Positions 18,760-27,040 are shown, counted from the stretch's first letter. The stretch is 37,833 nt of DNA from Acidobacteriota bacterium (GCA_031404215.1 JANNHC010000205.1:1-37833), one strand, 5' to 3'. The notes: generated by a model not told the origin, from the letters alone. Program-made: numbers and translations.

Positions 18760-19152
18760 TCAGCGCGCCGCGACGATGGATTTTTCGGGAGGCGCCGACG
18801 GCGTCACCCGCTCGAGCACGATCGACTGATCGCGCGCGGGCGCGATCAGGTGCAGCTGCTTGATCGCAATCCGCTCAATGCGCGCCGGCGAACGCAGTGT
18901 TTCGACCTCCAGGCGCAGGTGGCGGTTGATTTCCTCCTGCTCCGCCCGTTCCTGCTGCATGCGCTGCATCTCGTAGCCGTGTCCGAGCAGCGCGAACCGC
19001 TGCCACGCCGAAAACAGAATCACGAGCGAGAGCACGCCTCCAATCACGACCGTCTGGAGCAACTGGCGCTGACGCGCCTCGTCCACCTCGCGGACGATGG
19101 GGTTGTTCCGTACGTCTTTCTTGATGGCGTACTCGAAATCGATCCCGCTCAT
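18760..19152 (-). CDS. ftsL: Cell division protein FtsL
   Basis: One TM segment followed by a coiled coil and L.SP.RIE.IA...L.L motif, between rsmH and ftsI. Confidence 0.9.
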   Translation of the reverse strand: MSGIDFEYAIKKDVRNNPIVREVDEARQRQLLQTVVIGGVLSLVILFSAWQRFALLGHGYEMQRMQQERAEQEEINRHLRLEVETLRSPARIERIAIKQLHLIAPARDQSIVLERVTPSAPPEKSIVAAR

Positions 19153-20036
19153 GCCAGCCTCTCAATCGCGCGCAGCTTCGCGCTTCGCGCGCGGGGATTG
19201 CGCGCCACTTCCGCCTCTCCGGGCACCACGGGCTTGCGGGTCAACACCCGCAACGCCTCCTCGCCGGCCGCGAGCGCGCGGAACGTGTGCTTGACGATGC
19301 GATCCTCGAGCGAGTGAAACGTGATCACCGCGAGCCGGGCCCCGGCGAGCAGCAGCCGGGACGCGTCGCCGAGAAACACATCGAGCCCGTCGAGCTCCCG
19401 GTTGACCCAGATCCGCAGCGCCTGAAACGTGCGCGTCGCCGGATCGATCCGCTGGTAACTCTTGCGGGGCACCGCGCGGCGGACAATCTGCGCCAGCTGC
19501 CCGGTCGTGCCGATGCGCCCCGCGCGGCGCGCGTCGACGAGGCCGCGGGCGATGCGACGCGAAAAACGCTCTTCCCCATACTGAAAAATCACGTTCGCCA
19601 GATCCTCTTCACCGACGTCCGCAAGCAGGTCCGCCGCCGTCGGCCCCTGGGTCTGGTCCATGCGCATGTCGAGCGGCTCGTCGCGACGAAAGCTGAACCC
19701 GCGCCCGCCGGTATCGAACTGCATCGACGACACCCCGAGATCCGCCAGCGCCCCGTCGATCCCTTCGAGGCCGCGCGCCGCGAGCAGGACTGGCAACTCG
19801 CGGTAATCCGCGTGCACGAGCTCGATGCGGTCCTGCCACGCGGCGAGCGACTGGGCGGCGAGCCGCAAGGCCGTCGTATCGCGATCGAGGCCGATGAGTC
19901 GCGTGGCGCCAGCGGCGAGCATGGCGCCGGCGTGGCCGCCGAGACCCACGGTGCAGTCCACGAACACCCCCCCGCGCGACGGGTCCAGCAGCGCGACCGT
20001 CTCCGCGACCATGACCGGCTCGTGGGTCGGGTCCAT
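19149..20036 (-). CDS. rsmH: 16S rRNA m4C1402 methyltransferase RsmH (MraW)
   Basis: HEPVM, DCTVGLGGH, DLGVSSMQ, PLDMRMD, FQALRI.VN.EL, FHSLEDRIVK and NPRARSAKLR. Start taken at ATG 20036. Confidence 0.98.
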   Translation of the reverse strand: MDPTHEPVMVAETVALLDPSRGGVFVDCTVGLGGHAGAMLAAGATRLIGLDRDTTALRLAAQSLAAWQDRIELVHADYRELPVLLAARGLEGIDGALADLGVSSMQFDTGGRGFSFRRDEPLDMRMDQTQGPTAADLLADVGEEDLANVIFQYGEERFSRRIARGLVDARRAGRIGTTGQLAQIVRRAVPRKSYQRIDPATRTFQALRIWVNRELDGLDVFLGDASRLLLAGARLAVITFHSLEDRIVKHTFRALAAGEEALRVLTRKPVVPGEAEVARNPRARSAKLRAIERLA

Positions 20037-20038
20037 GC

Positions 20039-20479
20039 TCAAATCCCGAACTCCGACAGCGCGCGCGCGTCGTCGTCGGTATAGGGTTCCCGCTGGAGCC
20101 TGGCGACGAACCGCTCGTGGTTCCACACGTCGAGCCACTCGTACTGCCCGAACACGTCCACGTCGCCGCTCATCCCGGCCGACTCACGCAGCCGGGGGTG
20201 GATGAGGACCCGTCCCTGTCCGTCGAACTCACTGGCCTGGCCGTAATAATTGATGCGGTCGAAATACTTGAGCCGCGCCGGGAGGGTTGACGGCACGGCC
20301 GCCAGCTTCTCCTCGAGCGCCATCCAGACCGGCATCGGGTAGATGCGGACGTACTCCCCCGTCAAGCTCGTCACGAACACTTCCTTGCCGTGCTTCCCCT
20401 CGACGAGGCCACGGAAGGCGTTCGGGAGCTTGAGCCGACCCTTGTCATCAATTTTTGCGGCGTAGTTGCCCCGGAGCAC
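20039..20479 (-). CDS. mraZ: Division/cell wall cluster transcriptional repressor MraZ
   Basis: Two MraZ repeats (IDDKGRLKLP and FDGQGRVLI); first gene of the dcw cluster. Confidence 0.96.
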   Translation of the reverse strand: MLRGNYAAKIDDKGRLKLPNAFRGLVEGKHGKEVFVTSLTGEYVRIYPMPVWMALEEKLAAVPSTLPARLKYFDRINYYGQASEFDGQGRVLIHPRLRESAGMSGDVDVFGQYEWLDVWNHERFVARLQREPYTDDDARALSEFGI

Positions 20480-20489
20480 GACTATTTAC

Positions 20490-20515
20490 TCCACTTTTAC
20501 TCCACTAATTTCCAC
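20490..20515 (-). promoter_or_regulatory. MraZ-binding direct repeats (three GTGGA boxes)
   Basis: Minus strand reads GTGGA-AATTA-GTGGA-GTAAAA-GTGGA (10 and 11 bp periodicity) between the -10 box and the mraZ start. This matches known TGGG/GTGG MraZ operator repeats. Confidence 0.8.
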
Positions 20516-20519
20516 CGCG

Positions 20520-20549
20520 ATAGTAGGAGAACGTGAGCTCGTCTGTCAA
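20520..20549 (-). promoter_or_regulatory. Sigma70-type promoter of the dcw operon
   Basis: TTGACA (20549-20544), 18-nt spacer, TACTAT (20525-20520) on the minus strand. Confidence 0.8.
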
Positions 20550-20633
20550 CGTAAAACCAGCTCACGCATGGCCTTACGCTTTATTTTCGCTGGAGAAGAA
20601 ATGGCGAATGCAACCGGCTCAGGTGCCACCGCG

Positions 20634-20642
20634 TGCTAGCAT
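20634..20642 (+). promoter_or_regulatory. Candidate extended -10 promoter for the ychF-like gene
   Basis: TG-C-TAGCAT about 75 nt upstream of ATG 20716. Confidence 0.35.
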
Positions 20643-20715
20643 GGGCAGTTCTGGAGGCACAGGTTTGGGGGCCGGGGGTGCCCACGGGGTGCCAAGCGTG
20701 CCAGGCGGGGGTGAA

Positions 20716-21804
20716 ATGCTGCGTGCCGGGTTGATTGGATTTCCGTCGTCTGGGAAGACCGCGCTCTTCCAGTTGGTGACGAGCGCGCGGGAGGCGCCGC
20801 GGGCGGGCGGCAAGACGGACGCGAACGTCGGGGTGTCGCGCGTGCCAGACGAGCGGCTCGACAAGCTGACGGCGCTGTTCAATCCTCGCAAGCATGTGCC
20901 GGCCACGGTCGAGTTCGCCGACATTGCGGGCGTCGGTGGCGCCAAAACGGGCGCCGCGGCGCTTCTCGATGTGGCGCCCTTCCGCAACGCGGACGCGCTG
21001 CTCCATGTCGTGCGCATGTTTCGCGATCCCGCCGTGCCGCACCCCTCGGGCACGATCGATCCCGCGCGCGATGTGCGCACGATGGAAGACGAGGTCATTC
21101 TCGCCGACCTCGGCGTGGTCGAACGCCGTCTCGAACGGCTCGAGCGCGATCTCAAGAAGGGGAACACCGCGGACCTGCGGAAGGAGCAGGAGATTCTGCT
21201 CCGCTGCCGTGCCGCCCTCGAGGAAGGACGCGCGCTGCGCGCGCTCGACCTGGGAGTGGACGACGCAAAACGGCTGCGCGGATTTCAGTTCCTGTCCGCC
21301 AAACCGCTGCTGATCGTGTTGAACATGGACGAGGCCGACCTCCCGCGCGCGGACGAGGCTGTCCGCATCGCGGGCATCGAATCGTTCCTGTCAGGCGCGG
21401 CGACCCGGGCGGTGCCCATCTGCGCCAAGATCGAGCTCGAGATCGCGCAGCTGGATCCCGCCGACGCGGCGGCGTTCATGGCGGACCTCGGTCTACGGGA
21501 GTCGGGACTCGATCGCGTCATTCGCGCCAGCTACGATCTGCTCGGCTACATCTCGTTCTTCACCGTGGGAGAGGACGAAAACCGCGCGTGGTCGATTCCG
21601 AGAAACACATCGGCAGTGCTCGCGGCGGGGGAGATCCACAGCGACATCTCGCGGGGATTCATCCGCGCCGAAGTGGTCCGCTACGAGCACCTGCTCGCAC
21701 GCAGCACGCTCGCGGCCTGCCGGGACCATGGTGAACTACGGCTGGAAGGCAAGGAATACATCGTTCAGGACGGCGATGTGATCAACTTCCGGCACGCGAC
21801 GTAG
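20716..21804 (+). CDS. ychF: YchF/Obg-family ATPase (divergent YchF-like, with TGS/DUF933 C-terminus)
   Basis: P-loop GFPSSGKT, VPDERL..L, FADIAG, FLSAKP, G4 NMDE, ISFFTVGEDE.RAW, AG.IHSD..RGFIRAEV and RLEGKEYIVQDGD. Start taken at ATG 20716. Confidence 0.9.
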   Translation: MLRAGLIGFPSSGKTALFQLVTSAREAPRAGGKTDANVGVSRVPDERLDKLTALFNPRKHVPATVEFADIAGVGGAKTGAAALLDVAPFRNADALLHVVRMFRDPAVPHPSGTIDPARDVRTMEDEVILADLGVVERRLERLERDLKKGNTADLRKEQEILLRCRAALEEGRALRALDLGVDDAKRLRGFQFLSAKPLLIVLNMDEADLPRADEAVRIAGIESFLSGAATRAVPICAKIELEIAQLDPADAAAFMADLGLRESGLDRVIRASYDLLGYISFFTVGEDENRAWSIPRNTSAVLAAGEIHSDISRGFIRAEVVRYEHLLARSTLAACRDHGELRLEGKEYIVQDGDVINFRHAT

Positions 21805-21846
21805 CCGCAGCGGGTGATCACCCGAAGGTGGACCGGATCAGCCTCG

Positions 21847-21855
21847 TGTTAGATT
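21847..21855 (+). promoter_or_regulatory. Candidate extended -10 promoter at the head of the glycan cluster
   Basis: TG-T-TAGATT ends 10 nt before ATG 21866, with no Shine-Dalgarno. This implies a near-leaderless mRNA. Confidence 0.4.
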
Positions 21856-21865
21856 GACGAATCCG

Positions 21866-22930
21866 ATGACAGTGCAGACCGTGCTCGTCTGCGAGGCGCA
21901 GGTGCCGTTCGTGCACGGCGGCGCGGAAGTTCATGTGCGGCAGCTCGTGCGCGAACTGCGCGAGCGGGGATTCTTGACGGAACTGGTCAGCGTCCCCTTC
22001 AAGTGGTATCCCAAGGACGCGATACTTCCTCACGCGGCGGCGTGGCGCCTCCTCGATCTGAGCGAGAGCAACGGTCGTCCCGTCGATCTCGTCATCGGCA
22101 CGAAGTTTCCGTCCTACTTCGCGCGGCACCCGAATAAGGTCGCGTGGCTGATTCACCAGTACCGGGCCGCCTACGAACTCTGCGGGACCGAGTACAGCGA
22201 CTTCTCGCACACGGAGCTCGACGTCGGCCTGCGCGATACGCTCATGCGGCTCGACACGGACATGCTCGGCGAGTGCCGCGCGCTTTTCACGAACGCGCGC
22301 AACACGGCGGCACGGCTCGCGAAGTTCAACGGGCTGGAGGCTGAACCGCTCTATCATCCGCCGAACCTGGCGCCCCGGCTCGTGCCTGGTCCGTATGGCG
22401 ACTACGTGCTGTCGGTCGGCCGGATCGAATCGGTGAAGCGTGTCGATCTCATCATCAAGGCCATGGCTCACGTCGATCGGCCGACGCGCCTCGTGATCGC
22501 CGGCGACGGCACGCAGCGCCGGAACGCCGAGCGGGCGGCCGAAGACGCGGGCGTCCAGGATCGGGTGACGTTCCTGGGAAACGTGGGCGACGACGATCTG
22601 ATCGGGCTGTACGCGGGCGCGCTCGCGGTAATGTATCCACCGTTCGACGAGGACTTCGGCTACGTCACGCTCGAGGCCTTCCTCGCGCGCAAGCCGGTCG
22701 TGACGTGCCACGATTCAGGAGGGCCGAACGAGTTCGTCGTGGACGGTGTGAACGGGTTCGTCCGCGCGCCGCTTCCCGAGGACCTCGCCGACGCGATCAA
22801 CCAGCTGGCGGCCGATCGCACCCGAGCGGCCGACATGGGCAGCGCGGGGCACGCGGTGGCAGCCGCCATCACGTGGGACGGCGTCATCGAAAAGCTCGTC
22901 ACATTGCCAGAATCTTCAAAATTGCCATAA
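21866..22930 (+). CDS. Glycosyltransferase family 4 (GT-B, retaining)
   Basis: N-terminal PFVHGGAE, VGRIESVKRVD and EDFGYVTLEAF (Ex7E) motifs. Confidence 0.9.
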   Translation: MTVQTVLVCEAQVPFVHGGAEVHVRQLVRELRERGFLTELVSVPFKWYPKDAILPHAAAWRLLDLSESNGRPVDLVIGTKFPSYFARHPNKVAWLIHQYRAAYELCGTEYSDFSHTELDVGLRDTLMRLDTDMLGECRALFTNARNTAARLAKFNGLEAEPLYHPPNLAPRLVPGPYGDYVLSVGRIESVKRVDLIIKAMAHVDRPTRLVIAGDGTQRRNAERAAEDAGVQDRVTFLGNVGDDDLIGLYAGALAVMYPPFDEDFGYVTLEAFLARKPVVTCHDSGGPNEFVVDGVNGFVRAPLPEDLADAINQLAADRTRAADMGSAGHAVAAAITWDGVIEKLVTLPESSKLP

Positions 22931-23000
22931 TTGCCATGATTCGCAGCTCCACGTGCCGTCTTGCCGATATCAGGGATGTTGGCGATTTCGGCGTTGGCAT
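22903..23000. repeat. Imperfect inverted pair of 9-bp tandem repeats (ATTGCCANA-type / GATNTTGGC-type) overlapping the GT4 stop
   Basis: ATTGCCAGA ATCTTCAAA ATTGCCATA ATTGCCATG (22903-22938) faces GATATCAGG GATGTTGGC GATTTCGGC (22966-22992). The segment is AT-richer than its flanks. Confidence 0.6.
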
Positions 23001-23003
23001 TTC

Positions 23004-24005
23004 GTGAAAAAACTCATCATCCAGATCCCGTGCCTCAACGAGGCCACGACGCTGCCCGCGACCCTCGCCGACTTGCCTCGCGCCATCGCGGGCATCGACA
23101 TCGTGGAAGTGCTCGTCATCGACGACGGGTCGCGCGATGGCACGGCGGAGGTCGCGCTCAGCTGCGGCGTGGAGCACGTGGTGCGGCTGCGGCGCAACAA
23201 GGGGCTCGCGGCCGCCTTCATGGCTGGCATCGACGCGTCGCTCAAGGCCGGCGCGGACTTCATCGTCAACACCGACGCCGACAACCAGTACGCCGGCCAC
23301 GAAATCCCAAAGCTGCTCGCGCCGCTGCTGAGCGGTGACGCCGACATCGTGATCGGCGACCGCAACATCGGGGAGCTGCGGCACATGTCCTGGCGGAAGC
23401 GACAGCTGCAGCTACTCGGCAGCTGGGTCGTGCGGCAGGTTTCGAACACGAACGTGCCGGATACCACCAGCGGCTTCCGCGCGTACACGCGGGAGGCCGC
23501 GCTCCGCATGACCATCGTGTCGGAGTTTTCCTACACGCTCGAGTCGATCATCCAGGCGGGCAAGAAGAGGATGGCGATCGCGCACGTGCCGGTCTCGACC
23601 AACGCGCGCACCCGTGAATCCCGCCTGTTCGACAGCGTGTTCTCCTACATCAAGCGCTCGGCGGCCACGATCGTTCGGATCTACGCGATGTACGAGCCGC
23701 TCAAGGTCTTCACGTACCTGGGCCTCGCGGTGTTCGGCTCGGGCCTGGCGATCTCCGTGCGGTTTCTCTACTTCTATTTCACGAACAAGGGCGACGGGCA
23801 CCTGCAGTCGCTCATCGCGTCCGCCGTGCTGATGATTGTCGGATTTCAGGTGCTCGTCATCGGGCTGCTCGCGGACGTCATCTCGGGCAATCGAAAACTG
23901 CTCGAAGATCTCCTGTATCGCGTGCGATCGATCGAAGCGCCGCAGCACCGGGAGGCCGCGGATGCCCCGCCCGCGCTGTCCACCAAGGATCGGTGGGAGC
24001 GCTAG
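23004..24005 (+). CDS. GT2 glycosyltransferase, polyprenol-phosphate (DPM/ArnC/GtrB-like) type with two C-terminal TM helices
   Basis: IPCLNE, IDDGSRDGT, NKGL, TDADNQY and DTTSGFRAY, then a hydrophobic hairpin. GTG start at 23004. Confidence 0.9.
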   Translation: MKKLIIQIPCLNEATTLPATLADLPRAIAGIDIVEVLVIDDGSRDGTAEVALSCGVEHVVRLRRNKGLAAAFMAGIDASLKAGADFIVNTDADNQYAGHEIPKLLAPLLSGDADIVIGDRNIGELRHMSWRKRQLQLLGSWVVRQVSNTNVPDTTSGFRAYTREAALRMTIVSEFSYTLESIIQAGKKRMAIAHVPVSTNARTRESRLFDSVFSYIKRSAATIVRIYAMYEPLKVFTYLGLAVFGSGLAISVRFLYFYFTNKGDGHLQSLIASAVLMIVGFQVLVIGLLADVISGNRKLLEDLLYRVRSIEAPQHREAADAPPALSTKDRWER

Positions 24006-24167
24006 TGTCCCGTCCCCGTGGATCGTGGCATAAGTCCCGGAGCGCGGCGCCCGTCTGGCAAGGCGCGAGGAGCGAAAATATTGGGCATATTTGAGCGACG
24101 AGCAACGCCGCCAGGCGGGATGCCGCGCCCGGGAATTATGTCGCGAACCACGGGGACGGGACACTAG
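24002..24167. mobile_element. Miniature inverted-repeat transposable element (MITE), CTAG/TA target, probably IS630-like ends
   Basis: Perfect 20-bp terminal IR: CTAGTGTCCCGTCCCCGTGG (24002-24021) and CCACGGGGACGGGACACTAG (24148-24167). It extends imperfectly to about 58 bp per arm. CTAG at both ends; no transposase. The family assignment is an inference. Confidence 0.85.
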
Positions 24168-25027
24168 TGGCGGAACCGTCGGCGGTTTCAGTCGTCATCC
24201 CCGCCTACAACGAAGCGGACGTCATCGGCGAGGTCGTGACCGAGCTCGCGCAGGCCGCTGCGTGGCACGAGATCATCGTCGTGGACGATGGATCGCGCGA
24301 CGAGACCGCGTCGCGCGCCGCGGCGGCGGGCGCCATTGTCGTCTCGCATCCCTATAACAAGGGGAACGGCGCCGCGGTCAAGAGCGGGATCCGCCAAGCC
24401 TCCGGCGATTTCGTCCTGATCGTCGACGGGGACGGCCAGCACCGGCCGGACGACGCCCGGCGGATCGTGTCGCGGCTTGGCGAATACGACCTCGTCATCG
24501 GCGCTCGCGCGTCGTCCACGCAGGCGACGGCCGCCAGGCAGGTCGGGAACGCGGCGCTCAACAACCTGGCCAGCTATCTGACCGGCCGGGAGATTCCCGA
24601 TCTGACGTCCGGGTTCCGCGCGGCCCGCCGCGAATATCTGCGCGAATTCCTCCACCTGCTGCCAAACGGCTTCTCGACGCCGACGACGACGACGCTCGCG
24701 TTCATCAAGGCGGGCTATAACGTCACGTTCGAGCCGACCGAAGCGCGAACGCGCGTGGGCTCGTCCAAAATTCGTCTGGCGCGCGACGGGGCGAAGTTCC
24801 TGATCATCATCCTCAAGATCGTCACGTTGTTCAGCCCGTTGCGCGTTTTTCTTCCGATCAGCCTCGCGTGCTTCGCGCTCGGCGCCGCGTATGCCGCGTG
24901 GACGATCGCGACCCAGCAGCACATCACCAATTCCTCGGTGCTCCTCATCATGCTCGCGGTCATCGTGTTTCTCGTCGGCCTCGTGTCCGAGCAGATCTCC
25001 GCGCTGCGTTTCGAGGGGCGGCAGTAA
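24167..25027 (+). CDS. GT2 glycosyltransferase, polyprenol-phosphate type with two C-terminal TM helices
   Basis: VVIPAYNE, VDDGSRDET, NKGNGAAVKSG, VDGDGQH and DLTSGFRA, then a TM hairpin. Confidence 0.92.
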   Translation: MAEPSAVSVVIPAYNEADVIGEVVTELAQAAAWHEIIVVDDGSRDETASRAAAAGAIVVSHPYNKGNGAAVKSGIRQASGDFVLIVDGDGQHRPDDARRIVSRLGEYDLVIGARASSTQATAARQVGNAALNNLASYLTGREIPDLTSGFRAARREYLREFLHLLPNGFSTPTTTTLAFIKAGYNVTFEPTEARTRVGSSKIRLARDGAKFLIIILKIVTLFSPLRVFLPISLACFALGAAYAAWTIATQQHITNSSVLLIMLAVIVFLVGLVSEQISALRFEGRQ

Positions 25028-25036
25028 CCGCGAGAC

Positions 25037-26323
25037 ATGCCGATCGACCCGAGCCCCGGGAGGCGGCTGATGATCGCGGCGGCCGCGGCCGGCCTGCTCG
25101 TACGGCTGGCGTTCGGTCTGGGATACTGGGTCGAGAAGCCACTGACCCACGACGAGCGCGAGTATCTTGCGCTCGCGCAGAGCGTGTCGGCCGGCAGGGG
25201 GTTCGTGTACGACGCGGGCCACGACACGGGGACCGCGCAGCAATTCGGGCGCGCCCCGGCGTATCCGCTCTTCCTGGCCGTCATCGGGGCGGGCGGACGC
25301 GACTACGAGGCCTCCCCGGCGCGGGTGAAGATCGCGCAGTCGGTCGTCGGCGCGCTTGGCGTCTGGGTAATCGGGCTGCTGGGCCGGCGGGCCGCCGGAC
25401 CGGCGGCCGGTGTCGCCGCGGCGGCGATTGCAGCCGTCTACCCGCCGCTGGTGTGGATCTGCGCGTATGTGCTGAGCGAGGCGCTCTACAGCACCGTGGC
25501 GCTTCTCGCCGTGCTGCTTCTCGATCACGCACTCGACCGCGCGGATCGCTCCGGACACGGCTCGTGGGCGCACCGCGGGGGCGGGCTCGCGATCGCCGCC
25601 GGCCTGGCGGCCGGGGCGGCCATCCTGATACGCCCCGCGATGCTGTTCTTCCTGCCGCTTGCAGCGCTGTGGCTCGTCGCGCGGCGGCGCCTGTGGTTGG
25701 CGCTTTCGCTCGTCGTGACGGCCATGCTCGTCGTCGCGCCATGGACCGCCCGCAACCTGCGCGTCTACGACAGGTTCGTGCTCGTGGCTTCGGAGGGGGG
25801 GGTCACATTCTGGACGGGCAATCATCCCCTCGCACGTGGCGAAGGAGACTTGGCGGCCAACCCCGAGATCAAAGTCGCGGAGATTGCGTTTCGGCGCGCG
25901 CATCCCGGGCTGAGCGCGGAAGCGCTCGAACGGTTGTACTACGAGGACGCCCTTCACTACATCGCGGCGCACCCGGTCTGGTGGTCCGGAGTGCTGCTGA
26001 AGAAAGCGTTCTACACGGTCGTGCCGGCGGGCCCCTCGTATGCGCTACACTCGAGAGTGTACCGCGTCGCCACGACCGCGTCGTACCTGCTGCTGTTGCC
26101 GTTCGCCTGGCTCGGCGCGCGGACGTGGCGGCGCCGGACGGGTCGCCCGGAGGCGCTCTTCGTGCTTGCCGGATCGGCGGTGATGGTCGGTCTCCTGTTT
26201 TTTCCGCAGGAGCGGTTCCGGATTCCGGTGATCGACCCGACCCTGATCGTCTGCGCCGGCGTCTGGTGCGGATTGCACGCGCGCGGTCGTGTGCCCGCCG
26301 CCTCCATCCCAATCGAGACCTGA
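25037..26323 (+). CDS. GT-C fold membrane glycosyltransferase (ArnT/PMT, GT39/GT83-like)
   Basis: Multi-TM protein with an acidic DE pair in the first outer loop (THDEREY), R.P.YPLFLA, LSEAL, L.RP, PW..RN and RFR.P motifs. Confidence 0.8.
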   Translation: MPIDPSPGRRLMIAAAAAGLLVRLAFGLGYWVEKPLTHDEREYLALAQSVSAGRGFVYDAGHDTGTAQQFGRAPAYPLFLAVIGAGGRDYEASPARVKIAQSVVGALGVWVIGLLGRRAAGPAAGVAAAAIAAVYPPLVWICAYVLSEALYSTVALLAVLLLDHALDRADRSGHGSWAHRGGGLAIAAGLAAGAAILIRPAMLFFLPLAALWLVARRRLWLALSLVVTAMLVVAPWTARNLRVYDRFVLVASEGGVTFWTGNHPLARGEGDLAANPEIKVAEIAFRRAHPGLSAEALERLYYEDALHYIAAHPVWWSGVLLKKAFYTVVPAGPSYALHSRVYRVATTASYLLLLPFAWLGARTWRRRTGRPEALFVLAGSAVMVGLLFFPQERFRIPVIDPTLIVCAGVWCGLHARGRVPAASIPIET

Positions 26324-26329
26324 CGCCTG

Positions 26330-27040
26330 ATGAACGTTCTGGTAGTGGTTCCGACGTACAACGAGCGCGACAACCTGCCGGTGCTTGCCCGGGGAGTGCT
26401 CGCCCACGACGGTTTCCGGATGCTCATCGTGGACGACGGCTCGCCCGATGGCACCGGCCAGGTGGCTGATGGACTCGTCACCCAGTACCCGGGACGAGTC
26501 GAAGTCATGCATCGGACCGGCAAACGTGGTCTCGGCCGTTCGTACATCGACGGCCTCCGGCACGCGCTGGCGTCCACCGATGCCGAGTTGATCTGCCAGA
26601 TGGATGCGGACCTCTCGCACAACCCCGAGTACCTGCCGGCGCTCACGGCCGGCGCGGCGACGGCGGACATCGTCATCGGCTCGCGCTACCTGAACGGCGT
26701 CAGCGTCGTCAACTGGCCGCTGCACCGCATCTTCCTCAGCACCTTCGCGAACCGCTACATCCGCGCCGTCACGCAACTGTCGGCGACCGACTGCACGAGC
26801 GGGTTCCGCTGCTGGCGGCGCGAGGCGCTGGCCCGATTGCCGCTCGACGCGATGGTCTCGGATGGTTATGCGTTCCTCGTCGAGATGCTGTTCGACGCCG
26901 CGCGGAACGGGTGCCGCATCGGTGAAGTGCCGATCATTTTCGTCGAGCGGCGGCAGGGACAGTCAAAACTTTCGTCACACGTCATCCTCGAATCGATCAT
27001 CATGCCGTGGCGCCTGACGCTGCGCCGCGCGCGCCGCTGA
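26330..27040 (+). CDS. Polyprenol monophosphomannose synthase (DPM1/Ppm1-like GT2)
   Basis: VPTYNERDN, VDDGSPDGTG, GLG.SY..G, QMDADLSH.P, IGSRY, D.TSGFRC and EVPI.F.ERR.G.SKLS. Confidence 0.9.
   Translation: MNVLVVVPTYNERDNLPVLARGVLAHDGFRMLIVDDGSPDGTGQVADGLVTQYPGRVEVMHRTGKRGLGRSYIDGLRHALASTDAELICQMDADLSHNPEYLPALTAGAATADIVIGSRYLNGVSVVNWPLHRIFLSTFANRYIRAVTQLSATDCTSGFRCWRREALARLPLDAMVSDGYAFLVEMLFDAARNGCRIGEVPIIFVERRQGQSKLSSHVILESIIMPWRLTLRRARR

Noticed and set aside
22903-22992. CRISPR array interpretation of the short repeats (also 14-34 and 11103-11232)
   Set aside because: Units are 7-9 bp and contiguous, with no unique spacers and no cas genes.
24005-24094. 29-codon ORF starting at GTG 24005 as an independent small gene
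   Set aside because: It lies wholly within the MITE arm and arises from the recreated TAGTG junction. There is no independent coding evidence.
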